DNA from: Candidatus Uhrbacteria bacterium
GTDB taxonomy: Bacteria; Patescibacteriota; Patescibacteriia; 2-12-FULL-60-25
NCBI GenBank assembly: GCA_003231955.1
Contig: QIKL01000057.1
Location: 1-32,000, forward strand
Reading direction: 5' to 3'
Length of the DNA: 32,000 bases
This document shows, in pieces, positions 24,269 to 32,000 of the stretch. The notes beneath the pieces were generated by a model that was given only the letters and a program-made list of their open reading frames with translations, was not told where the DNA came from and searched no databases. The position numbers and the translations under genes are program-made. The stretch's first letter is position 1, and every line of letters starts with the position of its first letter.

Positions 24269-26440
24269 TTATAGCTCATCAATACTGCGAAGGAATGACG
24301 TTGGAGGTTTTTTACTCAATGTGCCCGATGACTTCCACACTGTCTTTGTTGAAGAGCGCTCACCATCCCTTCCGATCCGAATCGTTGGTTCTTCGTACCC
24401 TCCTTCCCAACTCCATTCTTGATCCTGAGAATTTCTGACTTTGGACCTTTGATGTTGAAATGAATTCTGATCTCGCATCTCGCGGATTTCCATTCGTTCC
24501 ATAAATCTCGACGAAACTTCTTCAACAAATAACGATGGTTGGTTCAATGTGAGTGCGTCATAACCACTCGTAAGCGGATATACGAGAAAAAGTTTGCGCC
24601 GCGCGCGCGTGATCGCAACGTAGAAAAGTCGACGTTCCTCTTCAATTCCACCTTCCTCGACCAAAGCTCGCTTATTAGGAAAAGCCGTATCCGCAAGATG
24701 AATGAGAAAGACCGTATCCCACTCAAGACCTTTTGCCTGATGAATGGTCGAAAGTACAATACGCTCCTCCTCACCTCCCCCGCTTTTATCACGTCCAGCG
24801 AGCACATCATCATACAGTGCAATATCCGAAAGAAATGCAGCCGCATCTGGGTACCCTTCCGCGAAGAGAACAAGCTGCTCCAGATCCTCAAGCCGATCTT
24901 TCCAATCGGGATACTCACGTTCGAGATATCCTCGGTATGACGAATCAAGAATTGCACGGAGCATGTTTCCTGGTGCGGGCGCACGCTGCACGACTACCGA
25001 TGCGATTTCAATAAAATCTAGCCAGCCTTTTTCCGCACGTGACGGGAGAAGCGAATGCGTATCAAGATCGATAACCGTCTTGAGATCCGAGAATCCGCGG
25101 ACACGTGAAATCACGACGGACGCAGTCACCGCACCGATGCCAGTTTGCATATTAAGCGTACGAAGCCATGCAGCCTCATCTTTCGGATTTTGAAAAATCC
25201 GCAGATATGCAATCGCGTCTTTAATGTGCGCTCGTTCAAAAAATTTCATCCCGCCGCGATATTCGTACGGCACATCGCGCGAAAGCAATTCAAATTCTAG
25301 CGCCTGCGAATGTGCAGATGAACGAAAGAGCACAGCCATATTTCCAAGTGCCACACCTTCGGCACGCATCGCAAGGATCTGCTCAGCAACAAACCGAGCC
25401 TCCTGTCGCGCAGATGCCGTGGCGACAAGAACTGGCTTTTCCCCTTTCGCTTTAACCGGTACCAGTTCCTTCTCAAACTGATCAACGTTATGTGCAAGCG
25501 AATTGTTTGCAAGATCGAGAATCTCCGGAACAGACCGATAGTTCGTAAGGAGTTTGTATATCTTCACGTCCGCCCATTGATTCGGAAAATTCAAAATATT
25601 CTTCACGTCCGCGCCGCGGAACGCATAAATTGATTGTGCGTCATCTCCGACAACGAGAACATTAGCGCTAAGAGATCCCAAGCTCCGGACGATCCGCGCC
25701 TGCAAAGCATTCGTATCCTGATACTCATCAACAAGTACATAACGAAATTGCGATGCAATCCGCGGCCCAATTTCTGGAAGATCTAAAAGACGAACCCAAT
25801 TCATAAGAAGATCATCAAAATCCATAGCATTCGCCGCCATCTTCCGATCGCGATACATACACCCAATCTCCTCAATCTCGCTGTTAAACGGCACAAAATT
25901 TGGATGTTTGAGCTCAAGTGCATCCGTAACCGGCATTAGCATATTCCGCGCATACGAGAGAATATTCAAAACGACATTTGCCGTTGGAAAACGGCGCGCT
26001 TTAGGATCAATCCGAAGTTCCTTCATCACGGCTTTGATGAGACTTTGCGCATCACCTTGGTCCAAAATCGAAAACGTATGTATGTATCCCAACGCTGGCG
26101 CATACTTCCGTAAAAAGCGGTTCGCAATTGAATGAAATGTCCCGCCCCAGATACCGCGTGCGTCTCCGCCAACAAGAAGACCAACACGGTCAAGCATCTC
26201 ACGCGCCGCTTTGTTGGTGAACGTAAGAAGGAGAATCTGATTCGGATCCACACCCTGATCGACAAGATACGCAACGCGATATGTGACGGTCCGTGTCTTC
26301 CCAGACCCCGCACCCGCGAGAACAAGACACGGTCCGTCGGCATGCAACACGACGTCTAGTTGCTCCTGATTCAATTCCTTCTGATAATCAATAATTCGGT
26401 GGCCATGATTACTGGACCCATGTAAAACAAAAACAGACAT
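24269..26440 (-). CDS. uvrD: UvrD/PcrA-type superfamily 1A DNA helicase
   Basis: 723 aa with LAGAGSGKT (Walker A), VLVDEYQDTN (motif II), GDDAQSIYAFRGA, LTNYRS, TIHQAKGLEWD and YVAITRAR. Confidence 0.92.
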   Translation of the reverse strand: MSVFVLHGSSNHGHRIIDYQKELNQEQLDVVLHADGPCLVLAGAGSGKTRTVTYRVAYLVDQGVDPNQILLLTFTNKAAREMLDRVGLLVGGDARGIWGGTFHSIANRFLRKYAPALGYIHTFSILDQGDAQSLIKAVMKELRIDPKARRFPTANVVLNILSYARNMLMPVTDALELKHPNFVPFNSEIEEIGCMYRDRKMAANAMDFDDLLMNWVRLLDLPEIGPRIASQFRYVLVDEYQDTNALQARIVRSLGSLSANVLVVGDDAQSIYAFRGADVKNILNFPNQWADVKIYKLLTNYRSVPEILDLANNSLAHNVDQFEKELVPVKAKGEKPVLVATASARQEARFVAEQILAMRAEGVALGNMAVLFRSSAHSQALEFELLSRDVPYEYRGGMKFFERAHIKDAIAYLRIFQNPKDEAAWLRTLNMQTGIGAVTASVVISRVRGFSDLKTVIDLDTHSLLPSRAEKGWLDFIEIASVVVQRAPAPGNMLRAILDSSYRGYLEREYPDWKDRLEDLEQLVLFAEGYPDAAAFLSDIALYDDVLAGRDKSGGGEEERIVLSTIHQAKGLEWDTVFLIHLADTAFPNKRALVEEGGIEEERRLFYVAITRARRKLFLVYPLTSGYDALTLNQPSLFVEEVSSRFMERMEIREMRDQNSFQHQRSKVRNSQDQEWSWEGGYEEPTIRIGRDGERSSTKTVWKSSGTLSKKPPTSFLRSIDEL

Positions 26441-26492
26441 GGCGCTATCGTAGCGGATACGACCATTGATCGCCAGTTATAAAAAAGCGGAT

Positions 26493-26521
26493 AAAATAAA
26501 AGCCGCCTCAATGAGACGGCT
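26493..26521 (-). terminator. Intrinsic terminator downstream of the receiver gene
   Basis: Minus strand reads AGCCGTC-tcattga-GGCGGCT (7-bp stem including one G-U) followed by TTTATTTT. It starts 31 nt after the receiver stop and lies before uvrD. Confidence 0.6.
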
Positions 26522-26552
26522 CCACGTGATAAAAAGAACAATACGAGCGATG

Positions 26553-26936
26553 TTAGTCAACTGAAAGACCAAGTACTCGCAGAACGATCTCTGGTACTTC
26601 GCACTTAATCGTGCAGGTATCATCGCAACCTTCACGAATCAATGCACCCTGAAAGTGTACATTACTCGACGACGCGATGATCGTGCCTGTGAACCCGCTT
26701 GCGCGAATCTCTCGGACAAGATCAATTGTCGTCGCTCCTTCATGTGCCGGTACATGACCATCCATGACTATGAGCTTAATCTTGGGATACGCACGAAACA
26801 TCTCACGACCTTGTTTAACGGTATAGGCCGAGAGGACCCGTACACGTCCTTTGAGCATGAGTTGATAACACTCCTGCAACCTATATTCGTCTTCGACAGA
26901 AAGGATAATCGGGAGATCATCCAGATGATCTGACAT
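26553..26936 (-). CDS. Stand-alone response-regulator receiver domain (CheY-like, no output domain)
   Basis: 127 aa with an acidic beta1 end (ILSVEDE), a phospho-acceptor candidate in KLIVMDGHVP, Ser in TIIASSS and Lys in CTIKCEVP. The SD AAGGAG lies 5 nt upstream of the ATG. The gene starts 11 nt after the upstream gene. Confidence 0.8.
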   Translation of the reverse strand: MSDHLDDLPIILSVEDEYRLQECYQLMLKGRVRVLSAYTVKQGREMFRAYPKIKLIVMDGHVPAHEGATTIDLVREIRASGFTGTIIASSSNVHFQGALIREGCDDTCTIKCEVPEIVLRVLGLSVD

Positions 26937-26947
26937 ACAAACTCCTT

Positions 26948-28249
26948 TTAGAGAAACTTAGCGGCGGAGATGAGGCGTTTTTTGGCGAGAGTCCAATCAT
27001 CTACTGTCATCGCATATTCAGCTCCGCGAATGAGACATTCAACTTTTGCCTTAACAGGCACGTCAAGTGTGGCGTCGGAACACCGATCAAGACGATGGAG
27101 AAACGATGCGAGTAACCGTTCAACGGCCGCAAACTCTACAGGCGCCATATCACGCGTGATCTGAATCGTCTTTTCACGCTTATTACATGGAATACTTCGA
27201 CGACGTTTAGTCTCTTCCCGTCTGAGACGGGCAAGAAGAAATGACAATCGCGAGATAACTTCAATCTGAAGCACATCCAGCACGAACACCCAGCGAATAC
27301 CACGACGAAGCTTCGCACACTGTATGCGCAAAATGCGCAGATCACCGACCTTGCATGTCTCAATCGCGGCATTGAGATCCTTGACCGTATGCGCAGCGTT
27401 CTTACAGAACGGACGCGTTCTAATCTCTGTGAAAGCCTCACGATATTCACAAAGCCGACGACGGATCTTTCGAAGGAATGCCTTCTTTGTACGGGATTCC
27501 GACATCGATACACGAATTATCCATTGCTGGAGTATCCCACGTGAACGCGATTTTGTATCAACGCGCACATCGTCCCATAGCTCACGATATAGATTCATGT
27601 GCGATTGAATGAACACATAAACCTGAATAGTCCGCCGATCCATACACGTTGAAAGCCGCGGAATATCCGTAAGTCGCTTGAGAAGATGCCCAATGCCCGC
27701 GCCCGAAACCATAGCTGCTGCGGGAGGGTTATTCCGCCCAATACTATCCGTTGTGATCATTCCACGCATGAACTGACTTCGCGCCACTGTCTTGTGTCTG
27801 GCACGCTTGATCTCATACCGTGAAACGAGTAAGGACTGCATCTCCAGCAACTCACGCTTTTCATCGGGTTCGTACATACCAGAAACGAGCATAAAACGGA
27901 CGAATGCACGAGCGGTTTCGATGTCCTCACGAACTTCTCGCATCTCTCCCGCCCCATCTGAATCATGAACGGCATACTGACACACGGCATGACGCCCAGA
28001 ACGAAGTAGGTCGTACAAGTCATCATATCGTGCATGCGTCGATGCTCCTGCAGTTTCTTTTGCACGGGTATGATTAGCACGCCACAACGTTCCAGCTGGA
28101 ATAAAGATGTTCCCGGCCTTTCCGTTTGCAACTCTTAACGTCGCAGGGCGCTGTTGGATTAAATCGTTGGACGGAATGACCTGGACAGATATCCAAAGAC
28201 GTCCGCCACGGTTCTGTATGATCTTGATGACTTGAAAATACGTTTGCAC
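26948..28249 (-). CDS. Orphan arginine-rich protein (433 aa from GTG), function unknown
   Basis: Track ORF 26948..28327. I prefer the in-frame GTG at 28247-28249 because AGGAGG (plus 28254-28259) lies 4 nt upstream. By hand count it has 56 Arg of 433 residues and 9 Cys. There is a short beta-looking N-terminal segment; the rest looks helical. No Walker, HATPase or HTH motif recognised. Confidence 0.7.
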   Translation of the reverse strand: MQTYFQVIKIIQNRGGRLWISVQVIPSNDLIQQRPATLRVANGKAGNIFIPAGTLWRANHTRAKETAGASTHARYDDLYDLLRSGRHAVCQYAVHDSDGAGEMREVREDIETARAFVRFMLVSGMYEPDEKRELLEMQSLLVSRYEIKRARHKTVARSQFMRGMITTDSIGRNNPPAAAMVSGAGIGHLLKRLTDIPRLSTCMDRRTIQVYVFIQSHMNLYRELWDDVRVDTKSRSRGILQQWIIRVSMSESRTKKAFLRKIRRRLCEYREAFTEIRTRPFCKNAAHTVKDLNAAIETCKVGDLRILRIQCAKLRRGIRWVFVLDVLQIEVISRLSFLLARLRREETKRRRSIPCNKREKTIQITRDMAPVEFAAVERLLASFLHRLDRCSDATLDVPVKAKVECLIRGAEYAMTVDDWTLAKKRLISAAKFL

Positions 28250-28302
28250 ATTACCTCCTCTTATTAGAAAGTCCGTCTTCCAGTATCTGAGTGTCAGAAA
28301 GG

Positions 28303-28319
28303 TATCGAAAAATTCGATA
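28303..28319. promoter_or_regulatory. Perfect 7-3-7 palindrome TATCGAA-aaa-TTCGATA upstream of the orphan gene
   Basis: Lies in the 100-nt mltG/orphan-gene spacer, 54-70 nt upstream of the GTG. It overlaps weak promoter-like hexamers (TTGCTT ... ; TTTCGA-N17-GATACT). Confidence 0.4.
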
Positions 28320-28349
28320 TAAAGCAAGTTAGATATCGTCCTTCTCTAA

Positions 28350-29342
28350 TTAATTTTTAAATGCTTTTTGGCGATTCGCCTGATGCTCTGCAAAAGTCGT
28401 CGCAAAATAAGTCTTTCCATTTGTATCTGTCAAAAAATATCGATACTCGGTTCGTGTCGGATGAAGCGCAGCCATAAGAGCATCATCACCTGGATTCGAA
28501 ATCGGACCTGGTGGAAGTCCCGTATGTTTATAGGTGTTGTACAATGAATCTCTGGCAAGATCGTGTGCCGTTGGACGCGTCCGTTTCGCATGCGTGACAT
28601 AATTCACGGTTGCATCGCTCTGGAGTGGCATCCCGTCCTTGAGACGATTGAGAAAAATACCCGCCACAATCTTACGGTCATTACTGTTCGAAACTTCTTT
28701 CTCCACAATTGATGCAAGGATAACAATATCCCGCAATGTCCTTCCCTGTCTTGCTGCAACCTCAGCGATCCCAGGAGCACGCTTTGCGAATTCATTAAGC
28801 TGTTTTTTGATAAGTGATTGTGGAAGTTGATCGCCGTATACGCGATAGGTGTCTGGAAAGAGATATCCTTCAAAAGAGGCACCAACAGGAAGATTGCCGA
28901 GGAATGAATATGTATCTCGCAACTCCTTAGGAATCGTCTCCGGAATCGACGCATCGTACGGTGCTAATGCCTCATCAATTCTCGCAACAGTCCAGCCTTC
29001 GGGAATCGTAATCTGAAGTTCATTCTCTGGCGGACCTAAAATAAACAGACGCATGATCATCTTATAGCTCGTGTGCACCGGAATCTTATACACGCCAGTC
29101 CTCAAAAAATTCGCACGGTGATCAAATAGCTTGACATAATATCGAAATCCAGTAGCGGAATCGATAATTCCAAGCTTCGCGAGTTCATCCGCGGCTTGTG
29201 ATGCACTCCATCCATCTTTGAGTGTAACCGTAATCAAATGCGACGCATCGCCCGTATTAAGCCATGCACGCGGAATAAACCATGCCAGAAAAAATCCGAC
29301 AGCAATAAATGCGATACCTAGCAAGAGAAGTATTTTTTTCAT
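28350..29342 (-). CDS. mltG: Endolytic murein transglycosylase MltG (YceG family)
   Basis: N-terminal TM and the YceG core (ILASIVEKEV, GIFLNRLKDGMPLQSDATVNY, YNTYKHTGLPPGPISNPG). The start is taken at the ATG at 29342, which forms an ATGA overlap with the PAP2 stop. The track start is TTG at 29357. Confidence 0.88.
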   Translation of the reverse strand: MKKILLLLGIAFIAVGFFLAWFIPRAWLNTGDASHLITVTLKDGWSASQAADELAKLGIIDSATGFRYYVKLFDHRANFLRTGVYKIPVHTSYKMIMRLFILGPPENELQITIPEGWTVARIDEALAPYDASIPETIPKELRDTYSFLGNLPVGASFEGYLFPDTYRVYGDQLPQSLIKKQLNEFAKRAPGIAEVAARQGRTLRDIVILASIVEKEVSNSNDRKIVAGIFLNRLKDGMPLQSDATVNYVTHAKRTRPTAHDLARDSLYNTYKHTGLPPGPISNPGDDALMAALHPTRTEYRYFLTDTNGKTYFATTFAEHQANRQKAFKN

Positions 29343-29893
29343 GTATGACGATGCCAACGTGCCGATCGATTAATATCAGCGCACATAAGCTCATGATGAA
29401 TCTTTCGCACAACGGCAAACGAGAGAAGACCGACAAAAAATCCACCGAGGATATCCGTCGGGAAATGCACACCGACAGCCATACGTCCGTACGCAACAAA
29501 TCCAGCGATGACAAGCGAGAGTATGCCAAGCGTTCGGTTAGCATAGAATAAGGCAAAGGCAATAGCAAAGGCCGTAGCCGTATGGCCAGACGGAAACGAT
29601 GTATTGAATGGTGGCGGGATAAGAAGCACAACACTGTGTGTAGCAAGATATGGACGTATACGTTGGATGAAAAACGCAATCAATACCGTAAATGTAAGAG
29701 CTAAGAGTGCGCTCCATGCAGCCTCAATCACTGCGTGCCGTTCATGCACACGCCGTGAACCGAACATCACAATAGCCAACACAATGTTCACAAGAATGAA
29801 CCAGCGTGCAAAAAAGACTGCCAGCGCAATCATCCACGGCGTCGAGAGAACGACATTCTGAATGCCGATAAGAATCTGAATCTCAAATGGCAT
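29339..29893 (-). CDS. PAP2-family phosphatase (undecaprenyl-diphosphatase/BcrC-like)
   Basis: 184 aa and polytopic. PAP2 motifs: IQRIRP (KxxxxxxRP-like), FPSGHT and GRMAVGVHFPTD (SRxxxxxHxxxD-like). Confidence 0.85.
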   Translation of the reverse strand: MPFEIQILIGIQNVVLSTPWMIALAVFFARWFILVNIVLAIVMFGSRRVHERHAVIEAAWSALLALTFTVLIAFFIQRIRPYLATHSVVLLIPPPFNTSFPSGHTATAFAIAFALFYANRTLGILSLVIAGFVAYGRMAVGVHFPTDILGGFFVGLLSFAVVRKIHHELMCADINRSARWHRHT

Positions 29894-29903
29894 ACAAATG
29901 GAA

Positions 29904-30566
29904 TCAACGATTATTCATTGGGAATGAGGATGGCCTCAAAGTCTTCTTCGGATATGCACACCATTTTACTATCGGACACATCCAGCATTTCGGTTTTGTG
30001 CCGATACAAATATCACGCCCAAACTGCACCATTGTATGATTAATCTCAATCCAAAGTGACACTGGAATAAGATGCTTTAAATCAGCTTCCACCTTTTCCG
30101 GAGTCTTACGTTTCGTCCATCCAAGACGATGCGTAATACGAAACACGTGTGTATCTACCGCAATCGCGGGAATATGATACGCATACGCGAGAACACAGCT
30201 CGCGGTTTTTCTCCCCACGCCAGGTAGTGTAATAAGCTCCTCCATAGTTTTTGGAACTTTTCCATGATACTCAGCGATAATTTTCTGCGCGAGACCTTTT
30301 ATCGCTTTCGCTTTAGAACGATAGAGGCCAATCGTAGTAAGACTCTTTTTAATTTCACCAACAGACGCACTTGCTAATGATTTCCATGTTGGAAACTTTT
30401 TCCTGAATGTAGGAAAAATCTTCAAAACCTGCTTATCCGTCGTGCGCGCGGAGAGGAGCGTTCCTAAAATTGTGTCCTCAGGCGTCCTCATATCCATATC
30501 TGATTTCTTTGTATAACGCCGCCGAAGCGTCCGAATGGTCTGTGCCGCGATTTGTGAAGACGACAT
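29904..30566 (-). CDS. nth: Endonuclease III (DNA glycosylase/AP lyase)
   Basis: HhH-GPD motif LITLPGVGRKTASCVL...AVDTHV and a 4Fe-4S cluster C-x6-C-x2-C-x5-C (CIGTKPKCWMCPIVKWC). Confidence 0.92.
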   Translation of the reverse strand: MSSSQIAAQTIRTLRRRYTKKSDMDMRTPEDTILGTLLSARTTDKQVLKIFPTFRKKFPTWKSLASASVGEIKKSLTTIGLYRSKAKAIKGLAQKIIAEYHGKVPKTMEELITLPGVGRKTASCVLAYAYHIPAIAVDTHVFRITHRLGWTKRKTPEKVEADLKHLIPVSLWIEINHTMVQFGRDICIGTKPKCWMCPIVKWCAYPKKTLRPSSFPMNNR

Positions 30567-30570
30567 ATAG

Positions 30571-32000
30571 TCAAATCAGCGGTTTTCCCGTCATCTCCGA
30601 CGGTTGTGGAATCTCCATAAGTTTCAAAATTGTCGGTGCAACGTCCGCAAGCATACCAACAGGCGTCGTCATCGAAAGATCAGCGCCTATCACATCTCCA
30701 ATCGGCGCACGCATCCCCTCAAACTGCTTCCCGATGATAAGAAGCGGAACAGGATTAGTGGAGTGCTCCGTATCCATCTCGCCAGTTACAAGATTCTTCA
30801 CTTCCTCAGCGTTTCCATGATCGGCGGTGATAATGCAGACACCACCCGTCGCAAGCGATGCATTTACAATCATACCCATCGCCTTATCCACGGTCTCACA
30901 CGCCGTAATCGTCGCCTTCTCATCGCCTGTATGACCAACCATATCTGCATTCGCAAAATTAAGAAGAATGAGATCGTATGTTCCTTTACCAATTTCTTGC
31001 ACAACACGAGCAGCGATCTGCATAGCAGACATTTCCGGTGCCTTATCGTACGTCGAAACACGAGGACTTGGAATGATTACGCGATCTTCGCCAGGAAATT
31101 CTTGTTCAATCATGCCGTTCATAAAAAATGTGACATGCGCATATTTTTCTGTCTCTGCAATGTGAAGCTGTTTATATCCCGCGTCCGACACGACTTTGGC
31201 AAGACAATTCTCAATGGTCTGCGGCGGATATGCAATCGTAACAGGAAGATCCTTCTCATATTCGGTCATCGTCACAAAAAATAAATCTGTAATCTGTGAC
31301 CGAGGAAATTTTTCAAAACTCGGAAGAACAAACGCTTTCGTGATCTCGCGAGCACGATCCGAACGAAAATTAAAAAAGATGACCGCATCGCCTGACGCAA
31401 TGGTTGCGACGGGTTTACCTTTGTTCTCAATCACAGTCGGGACGATATGTTCGTCATAGATTTTCTGATCATAAGAACGTTGAATCGCCTGCATCGCCGA
31501 TGGCGCTAAAACATCGGCTTTTCCAAGCGTCATTGCGTTATAAGCTTTTTGAACGCGATCCCACCGGTTGTCGCGATCCATCGCATAATAACGTCCAGCA
31601 ATCGTCGCGATCTTCCCCACCTTAAGCTCACGAATTTTATCTTCAAGCTCTTTGATAAATCCAATAGCGCTATTAAAAATGGTGTCGCGACCATCTAAAA
31701 ACGCATGAATAAAAACGCGGTTAAACTTCTGCTGTTTACAAAAATCCATAAGCGCATAGCAATGCGCGGAACTTGAATGAACACCACCAGGGCTCATAAG
31801 TCCCATGAAATGAATCTTGCCTTGCGTCTTCTGACAATGAGCGATTGCATCAAGAAATACCTTATTCTTAAAAAATGCCCCATTCTCAATAGCAAGATCA
31901 ATACGTGGCAAACTTTGAAAAAAAATACGCCCAGCGCCAATAGTGAGATGACCGACCTCCGAATTTCCCATCACGCCCCACGATAATCCTACGGAAGACG
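30571..32000 (-). CDS. gpmI: 2,3-bisphosphoglycerate-independent phosphoglycerate mutase (5' end outside the window)
   Basis: MGNSEVGHLTIGAGR, FLDGRDT, ADHGNAE and further iPGM motifs. The frame stays open upstream of the track start (..SSVGLSWGV MGNSEVGH) to position 32000, so the gene is N-terminally truncated by the window edge. Confidence 0.93.
   Translation of the reverse strand, partial: SSVGLSWGVMGNSEVGHLTIGAGRIFFQSLPRIDLAIENGAFFKNKVFLDAIAHCQKTQGKIHFMGLMSPGGVHSSSAHCYALMDFCKQQKFNRVFIHAFLDGRDTIFNSAIGFIKELEDKIRELKVGKIATIAGRYYAMDRDNRWDRVQKAYNAMTLGKADVLAPSAMQAIQRSYDQKIYDEHIVPTVIENKGKPVATIASGDAVIFFNFRSDRAREITKAFVLPSFEKFPRSQITDLFFVTMTEYEKDLPVTIAYPPQTIENCLAKVVSDAGYKQLHIAETEKYAHVTFFMNGMIEQEFPGEDRVIIPSPRVSTYDKAPEMSAMQIAARVVQEIGKGTYDLILLNFANADMVGHTGDEKATITACETVDKAMGMIVNASLATGGVCIITADHGNAEEVKNLVTGEMDTEHSTNPVPLLIIGKQFEGMRAPIGDVIGADLSMTTPVGMLADVAPTILKLMEIPQPSEMTGKPLI

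Noticed and set aside
28090-28249. PilZ-like (RxxxR … D/NxSxxG) reading of the orphan protein's N-terminus, and HATPase-like G-boxes (DSDGAG, SGAGIG).
   Set aside because: The spacings do not fit: the protein has RGGR rather than RxxxR, NGKAG rather than NxSxxG, and DGAG rather than DxGxG. The order of the elements is also wrong for a histidine kinase. I keep this only as a note that no canonical kinase or c-di-GMP motif is present.

Overview
The window is a gene-dense chromosomal segment with about 35 protein genes, nearly all on the minus strand. I found no rRNA, tRNA, CRISPR array, transposase or integrase. It reads cleanly with the standard code (TGA is a stop).

Gene content is housekeeping plus cell envelope:
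- Envelope and glycan: mreB, a DUF4012 protein, three glycosyltransferases, mltG, a PAP2 phosphatase, a cyclophilin lipoprotein, a C39-like protein and a Gmad2-like protein.
- Core functions: rplJ-rplL, an archaeal-type pyrH, xseA/xseB, glmS, uvrD/pcrA, nth, and gpmI (runs off the 3' edge).
- Others: TrmB-like and winged-helix regulators, TspO, DUF302, DUF2127 and a short TsaB-like protein.

This mix (TrmB-like regulator, DUF4012, archaeal-type UMP kinase, short TsaB, many small membrane-anchored proteins) suggests a small-genome CPR/Patescibacteria-like bacterium. That is inference only.

The best candidate for something undescribed is a self-contained two-gene cassette at 26493-28349, inserted in a housekeeping array:
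- It encodes a 433-aa arginine-rich orphan protein with no family I recognise, followed by a stand-alone receiver domain.
- Both genes have canonical Shine-Dalgarno sites, whereas almost every other gene I checked in the window has none.
- A perfect 7-3-7 palindrome lies upstream and an intrinsic terminator downstream.
- No histidine kinase is present in the window.

Other points worth a second look:
- a MetK-like protein with degenerate catalytic motifs;
- a membrane protein combining a PP2C-like fold that lacks the metal-binding signatures, a TM helix and a beta-propeller, next to a wHTH regulator and another 7-3-7 palindrome;
- a long rplJ leader with a promoter and an internal terminator;
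- a low-GC glmS/DUF2127 block;
- a 1-kb coding-poor gap with two small ORFs;
- direct repeats upstream of a GT4 gene.

All family assignments come from motif recognition by eye, not from searches.
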